Below, one piece after another: positions 55,700-60,059 of a DNA stretch of 60,059 nucleotides (its first letter is position 1; every line of letters begins with the position of its first letter). The stretch comes from a virus (lineage: Duplodnaviria > Caudoviricetes), in the IMG/VR virus record IMGVR_UViG_3300042465_001922, positions 1 to 60,059 of that record; one strand, given 5' to 3'. The notes below the pieces were generated by a model, which did not search any database, was not told the DNA's origin, and saw nothing but the letters and a program-made list of their open reading frames with translations. A program made the position numbers and the translations under genes.

Positions 55700-55956
55700 G
55701 TCACTTTCCTGTGTCTGGCGGTTTTGGCAGCGATGGATTTAGGTTGGGAGACGAATTGCTTTCCAGCAGCTCGTCCAGCCCTTTTAGCCCGGGTAGTGGC
55801 CGCATATTCGGACGAGGAGAGCGCTTTGATGGCGGAGGAAGGGAGGTATCTTTCCCCTGTCGCCTGCGATCCTTGCGTAGAAGGTTTGCCACTCTTAGTC
55901 CGCCACTTTTGCTCCGTCCAGGACTTTAGGCTTCTCTGAGATTTTTTTAAGCTCAT
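55696..55956 (-). CDS. Small basic protein
   Basis: SLKSWTEQKWRTKSGKPS...TGERYLP. Confidence 0.7.
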   Translation of the reverse strand: MSLKKSQRSLKSWTEQKWRTKSGKPSTQGSQATGERYLPSSAIKALSSSEYAATTRAKRAGRAAGKQFVSQPKSIAAKTARHRKVT

Positions 55957-56054
55957 TCCATCTCTCTCGCTGTTTTATCTTCCTAAAGTCTTCTGATGTT
56001 GCAATCAGCCATTTAAATACATTTCCGTCAGTTTCCTGGTTAAAGACGGGCCGC

Positions 56055-56336
56055 CTAATCTTTGTATCCGCCTCCAGCCTTCTTGTACTCGGCTGCCAGT
56101 AACTGAGCTTTTCTAGCCGACCACTGGCCAGGCGAACCTCCTTTTCCACCAGCCTTAATACTTTCAAAGAGCCGCTTTCGCATTCCTGGTTTGGTGTAGT
56201 TTCCGGCTTCATTTACCTTGCTAACCTTTCCACCCTCAGCGTACTCTGTAAAGTCAGTATCATCCCGGCGGGACTTAATTTTAGCCCTCGGCATCTTAGA
56301 TGGGAGGATTGCTCCCATACCCCGGCTGGCTCTCAT
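56055..56336 (-). CDS. Small basic protein
   Basis: YAEGGKV...NYTKPGMRKRLF...GQWSARKAQLLA..YKKAGGGY. Confidence 0.7.
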   Translation of the reverse strand: MRASRGMGAILPSKMPRAKIKSRRDDTDFTEYAEGGKVSKVNEAGNYTKPGMRKRLFESIKAGGKGGSPGQWSARKAQLLAAEYKKAGGGYKD

Positions 56337-56337
56337 A

Positions 56338-56640
56338 TCAGCAAGCCTTGCCGCCGCCCATCATCTTGACCATCGTGCCACGGGTCTTGCCCTTCTTGGC
56401 GATGCCATCAGCTGAACGGGTATAGCCACCAGCGGACATTTTCTTAGCTTTTCCGCCATGCTTCATACCGGCCTCGGCCATCTCGTGTTTGATCATCGAC
56501 TTGGGAGCGCCTTTTTTCTTCATAAAGGAAACTTCCTTAGCCATCATTTTCTTTGACTCTTTCATTTCGCCACCTTTTTTCATGCCCATGTTGCCCATTT
56601 GCTCAGAGGTTGGGAGAACCTTTTTAATTCCGTAATTCAT
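56338..56640 (-). CDS. Small Lys/Met-rich protein
   Basis: Repeated M-x-x-GG; RSADGIAKKGKTRG. Confidence 0.7.
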   Translation of the reverse strand: MNYGIKKVLPTSEQMGNMGMKKGGEMKESKKMMAKEVSFMKKKGAPKSMIKHEMAEAGMKHGGKAKKMSAGGYTRSADGIAKKGKTRGTMVKMMGGGKAC

Positions 56641-56879
56641 TTCTTGCCTCGCTTCTTTGACATACCAGCCTCACTCAGGCCAATAGCAATAGCCTGCTTG
56701 GGATTGGTAACCTTTTGCCCCGAGGAAGACTTAAGCTTCCCCGCCTTAAATTCGCGCATAACCGTGGCCACCTTCTTCTGGCCTTTAATTGCGCCACCTT
56801 TTTTAACCATTACTTCTTTTGGTTTGGAGGGAGGCTTTGGGGGCCGATAGATCAGATCTTTGGATTCTGGCTTGTTCAT
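56637..56879 (-). CDS. Small basic protein
   Basis: KVATVMREFKAGKLKSSSG.KVTNPKQAIAIGLSEAG. Confidence 0.7.
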   Translation of the reverse strand: MNKPESKDLIYRPPKPPSKPKEVMVKKGGAIKGQKKVATVMREFKAGKLKSSSGQKVTNPKQAIAIGLSEAGMSKKRGKK

Positions 56880-57139
56880 TAGACCATCCGTCCACGAGTC
56901 TTGCCGCGCTGAGCGATTCCATCAGCTCGCTTTGAAGCAGAAGAAACCTTGCCACCCTTAGCTTTCTTAACAGTAGTAGGAGCCTCAGCAGGCTTCATGC
57001 CAAGCTTATCGCGGATGTAATCCTCTATCGTTGCCGCACCGGTCATGGCTTTTTTAACCATTCCAGGAATACCAAACCGGCCCTCGTCTGCTACAGGTGC
57101 AGACTCAATTGCCTTGGTCTTTTCTGATTTCTCGGCCAT
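56879..57139 (-). CDS. Small protein with RADGIAQRGKTRGRMV tail
   Basis: C-terminus shared with 57140..57415. Confidence 0.7.
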   Translation of the reverse strand: MAEKSEKTKAIESAPVADEGRFGIPGMVKKAMTGAATIEDYIRDKLGMKPAEAPTTVKKAKGGKVSSASKRADGIAQRGKTRGRMV

Positions 57140-57415
57140 TTAAACCATCCTTCCACGGGTTTTACCACGCTGAGCAATGCCATCAGCACGAGAAGAGGCA
57201 GAAGATACTTTACCGCCTGCTTTCATGCCCTTCATTCTTTGCTTTGCTTTTTTAGCAAATTCATTTAATTCATCTTCTTCTTGCGATTGGCTTGATTGCA
57301 TTTTTTTATCAAATTCTTCAGACTCCTGCTGCATTTTTTTAGTTGCAGCATCATATTGTTCTTTGGTAACAGGTTTCCCAAGAACATAATAATTTTGCTG
57401 AGAATCCGCCATCAC
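57140..57415 (-). CDS. Small protein with RADGIAQRGKTRGRMV tail
   Basis: C-terminus shared with 56879..57139. Confidence 0.7.
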   Translation of the reverse strand: MMADSQQNYYVLGKPVTKEQYDAATKKMQQESEEFDKKMQSSQSQEEDELNEFAKKAKQRMKGMKAGGKVSSASSRADGIAQRGKTRGRMV

Positions 57416-57664
57416 TTACCCCTTGCCAATAAGTCGGTCAATTTTTTCTTCAAGGCGGTTAAACCTTGCATCAATGTGTTCAGTAATTCGCTGAACTTCT
57501 TCTTTAGTAACGTGATCACGGGCTACCTCCACACGTGTTTCATTAAGTTTCTGTTCAATCTGGTCTATTTTCCTAAACTTTTCTTGTGCCATATATGCCA
57601 CCAGAGCAAAAAAAGCTGCGGCTAGGGTAAGAAGACCATTCCAAATAAGACCTACCGAGTCCAT
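57416..57664 (-). CDS. Membrane-anchored coiled-coil protein
   Basis: N-terminal TM helix; RFNRLEEKIDRL. Confidence 0.7.
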   Translation of the reverse strand: MDSVGLIWNGLLTLAAAFFALVAYMAQEKFRKIDQIEQKLNETRVEVARDHVTKEEVQRITEHIDARFNRLEEKIDRLIGKG

Positions 57665-57952
57665 TTAACCGCATCTCCATCGTTTCAAAGATTGATTTAA
57701 CCGGCTGTTTGGATCACGTTTGGTTTCCGGATTGGCTAATTTTTTCATGCCTTCCATCCTTGCGCAAAACGATTTCCGTCGAGCTGCACGTTTGCCGGTA
57801 GGGCTTGATTCAGTAACAGCAGTTTGTAACTTTGAGCCAGGGTTGGCTTTCCGATAGGCGGCAACGCCCTTGGCGGTCATGCCAGCACCCTGCTTGGTGG
57901 GACGAAAGTTACCCGACTTCACCGAAGTTTTGATGCCCATTCCCTTGGCCAT
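57665..57952 (-). CDS. Small basic protein
   Basis: GVAAYRKANPGSKL...RRKSFCARM...DPNSRLNQSLKRWRC. Confidence 0.7.
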   Translation of the reverse strand: MAKGMGIKTSVKSGNFRPTKQGAGMTAKGVAAYRKANPGSKLQTAVTESSPTGKRAARRKSFCARMEGMKKLANPETKRDPNSRLNQSLKRWRCG

Positions 57953-58692
57953 TACGCTGCCTCCTTAGCGGCATCTACCGGGCGCAGCCGGGGATAGAGA
58001 TAGTCTTCTCCAAAGTTCCCTTCAAACTCATGTACGCCCATGTGACCAAGCTTAATTGTTGGGTCAATCCAGACGGTAAATCCAGCCTGTTTTGCCCGCT
58101 CACAGAACACAAAATCCTCACCCATGTAGCCTTCTTCCTGATTTAACAGGAAGTCAAAGTAGGCATACATATCGCAATCGTGGTTCTGATCGTAATATTT
58201 CCACTCTGGATGCTTTTCTTTCAGAGTCTCGAATACAGTCCGCTGGATCATAATGAACCCCGTGCCAACGCGCTTGGCTCGGACAAGGCCCATCGAGTCC
58301 ATCATTATGTTTCCGTCTTCGTCTTGATCCAGCATGGAGAAGTAAACCTTCTCCTTTTTCCTGGCGCATCCAACACCGGCCACAATCGGACGGGTCTTAT
58401 TAAATGCCAGAAGTCGGAAGATGTCATCGGCATTAATGACCATATCTGAGTCCACCATAAGCAGGTGGTCGCAGTCGGATTCCAAGAACAATTTAGCGAT
58501 ACTGTTACGTACACGGGAGACCACGGAGCATCCAGAAATATTAGCCAACTGGACTCCAACTCCGTGTGCCTGCGCCTTAACGCAGAACTCCGCTAACGAA
58601 ATGGCTAGCTTTACGCTTATCTTAAAGTCATAAGCAGGTAGGCCAATAAAGACCTTGCTGCCAACCAGATCGTAGGATTGTTCTTGTTTCAT
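57952..58692 (-). CDS. GT-A-fold glycosyltransferase-like protein
   Basis: VFIGLPAY...VRN...DHLLMVDSDM (DxD)...GTGFIMIQR...GEDFVFC...LGHMG. Confidence 0.8.
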   Translation of the reverse strand: MKQEQSYDLVGSKVFIGLPAYDFKISVKLAISLAEFCVKAQAHGVGVQLANISGCSVVSRVRNSIAKLFLESDCDHLLMVDSDMVINADDIFRLLAFNKTRPIVAGVGCARKKEKVYFSMLDQDEDGNIMMDSMGLVRAKRVGTGFIMIQRTVFETLKEKHPEWKYYDQNHDCDMYAYFDFLLNQEEGYMGEDFVFCERAKQAGFTVWIDPTIKLGHMGVHEFEGNFGEDYLYPRLRPVDAAKEAA

Positions 58693-58694
58693 TT

Positions 58695-59186
58695 TTATCC
58701 GTAGTAGATGGTTGCGGTAACACTGTTTTCCAGATAAATCCGGATACCTTTCCGTGCAAGGATGCCCTCGCCAGGAATGATATTGAATACATCATTTGCC
58801 GTGGTGACCTTGCTGATTACCATTACGTCGTTATAAACCAGCGCATTACCGGAAGCGTCTCCAGCGTCTGCTACGGTTACGGTAAAAGTATTTGCATCGG
58901 CTACTGTAACAACTTTATAAAAGTTGTCTGTTGGGTTTGTACCGCCTGACCAATCTATGAATGTATATTCACCAACAACCAAACCGTGATTCTGAGCAGT
59001 TACCGTGGCGGTTGTTGTTGAACGGGTATACGTTCCAGATATAGACGTATCGTCATACATTCCCACAATACCAGGACTGGTTGTGGCCGACCCAAACAGA
59101 AATGCTTTCAGTCGGGTACGGTATGGGATGATTAGGCCAGACGCAGTCGCATATTGCGATTTAACGTCATACTGCATTGATGGCAT
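58695..59186 (-). CDS. Virion structural protein
   Basis: MQYDVKS...IPGEGIL...TIYYG with an inserted ATVTAQNHGL.VG...ANTFTV domain. Confidence 0.65.
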   Translation of the reverse strand: MPSMQYDVKSQYATASGLIIPYRTRLKAFLFGSATTSPGIVGMYDDTSISGTYTRSTTTATVTAQNHGLVVGEYTFIDWSGGTNPTDNFYKVVTVADANTFTVTVADAGDASGNALVYNDVMVISKVTTANDVFNIIPGEGILARKGIRIYLENSVTATIYYG

Positions 59187-59340
59187 CTTGTTTCTCCTGT
59201 TCGGGTGCGTCTAACCGGTTTATTAGCATTTTGTACGCTGCGATAGTGGCTTGGGCTTGAACTTGAAAGACTTGCGCCTTATTTATTTCCTGCTCCAGAG
59301 CCGCTATCTCAGTTTCCAAAAATTCCTTGGTTATTTGCAT
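59167..59340 (-). CDS. Small coiled-coil protein
   Basis: Manual 57-aa ORF MQITKEFLETEIAALEQEINKAQ..., TAATG coupling. Confidence 0.6.
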   Translation of the reverse strand: MQITKEFLETEIAALEQEINKAQVFQVQAQATIAAYKMLINRLDAPEQEKQDAINAV

Positions 59341-59939
59341 TACGGAGTTACAGATGTACCAATGGAAATGTAGTGAGCAACGCCGCCAATTAAAATCTTA
59401 ATTGCTTTGGCAGTGCCACCAACAGTACCAGTCGAGACAATCGTTGCTGCGGGACCGCTCTCAATGTTGAACAGGTTCTGAACCTCACCAGTCTGGGTTC
59501 CGCTGTCCGTAACACGAATGAACGAAGAGGCTGAACCAAGAGTTACGTTGGTGCCGTAGTCGGTGTCCAGCTGAAGAACAGCCAGCGTACCGCCCGGGGT
59601 AGTTGCAGTGCCGCCCAGAGTTGCGCGGATTGCGTTAGCAGCGCCAGAAATCGTGCCGGTCGTGTTGATCGACGTAGAAATGTGTGCGCCGTTGATGGTG
59701 CCTGCGGTTGCGGCATTTGCACCGGTCACAACTGAGAAAGCACGAAGAGTCTCGCCAGAACCGGTAGAGGTAAAGGCTAAACGCTGATAAGAAAGACGGG
59801 TATCACCAGTGGTCGCAGATGTAGATCCGTATGAGCTGGAAATGTTTTGTGCGGTGGTTACTGTGATGGGGGAAGAGGCGGTGCCTCCAATGAAGCCGTT
59901 GTCAGACGCGACTGGGCCTGAAAAGGTAGTACGAGCCAT
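59340..59939 (-). CDS. Virion structural protein (MARTTFSGPV type)
   Basis: Start moved to ATG 59939 with GAGGA RBS; Thr/Gly/Ala-rich. Confidence 0.7.
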   Translation of the reverse strand: MARTTFSGPVASDNGFIGGTASSPITVTTAQNISSSYGSTSATTGDTRLSYQRLAFTSTGSGETLRAFSVVTGANAATAGTINGAHISTSINTTGTISGAANAIRATLGGTATTPGGTLAVLQLDTDYGTNVTLGSASSFIRVTDSGTQTGEVQNLFNIESGPAATIVSTGTVGGTAKAIKILIGGVAHYISIGTSVTP

Positions 59940-59949
59940 GTTGTCCTCG

Positions 59950-60020
59950 TGTAGTAGCACATCCCCGCACCGTCTCTACTAAGTCTGCTAGGCCAGTCGG
60001 TACAGGTAAAAATCCTAGAC
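59950..60020 (-). ncRNA. Pseudoknotted leader RNA, candidate Mu-gpT-DE-like motif
   Basis: CTAGG/CCTAG (60018-14 with 59992-88) crossed by CCTGTACCG/CGGTGCGGG (60006-59998 with 59972-64), plus TAGTAG/CTACTA. Confidence 0.6.
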
Positions 60021-60038
60021 TTAAACGACAGAATACAG

Positions 60039-60059
60039 AAAAAAGGGGGTTTTGCAACC
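60039..60059 (-). terminator. 3' half of an intrinsic terminator, truncated by the window edge
   Basis: Minus strand GGTTGCAAAACCCCCTTTTTT; GGTT/AACC closes a GCAA (GNRA) tetraloop. Confidence 0.6.

Noticed and set aside
59950-60020. Guanidine-III or SAM-II riboswitch, or a self-cleaving ribozyme
   Set aside because: Pseudoknot topology is loosely similar, but I could not match the ligand-binding or catalytic consensus nucleotides, and the gene context does not fit
1-60059. Stop-codon reassignment or tRNA genes
   Set aside because: Genes tile densely under the standard code, with TAA, TAG and TGA all used as stops; no cloverleaf with a T-arm consensus was noticed

Overview
The window is a nearly complete, circularly permuted ~60 kb tailed-phage genome with a podovirus-like layout. 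It opens inside the major capsid gene and ends in a half-terminator that plausibly follows that gene. Modules in order: head/packaging (1-8.5 kb, minus); small early genes (8.7-12.4 kb, plus); primase/helicase/ParB-like replication block (12.3-16.5 kb, minus); HslV-like protease and phosphoesterase (16.8-18.3 kb, plus); a long accessory/recombination operon (18.5-26.9 kb, minus); RusA; then internal virion, tail, lysis, a 2OG-Fe(II) oxygenase cassette and small basic virion genes (27.4-60 kb, minus). I saw no integrase, DNA polymerase, tRNA, rRNA or true CRISPR array. Two elements stand out. (1) A stand-alone RAMP/Cas7-like gene (22731-23351) is directly preceded by a 275-nt non-coding array of four tracts of 5-nt-periodic GGY-NN units, a candidate RNA-guided (VIPR-like) system. 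(2) A ~100-nt small RNA with its own promoter and terminator (18391-18492, minus) has a loop exactly antisense to an extended ribosome-binding motif, CGCTAGGAG, shared by eight other genes, a candidate trans-acting translational-silencing regulon. All calls come from manual reading and motif recognition; no searches were run.
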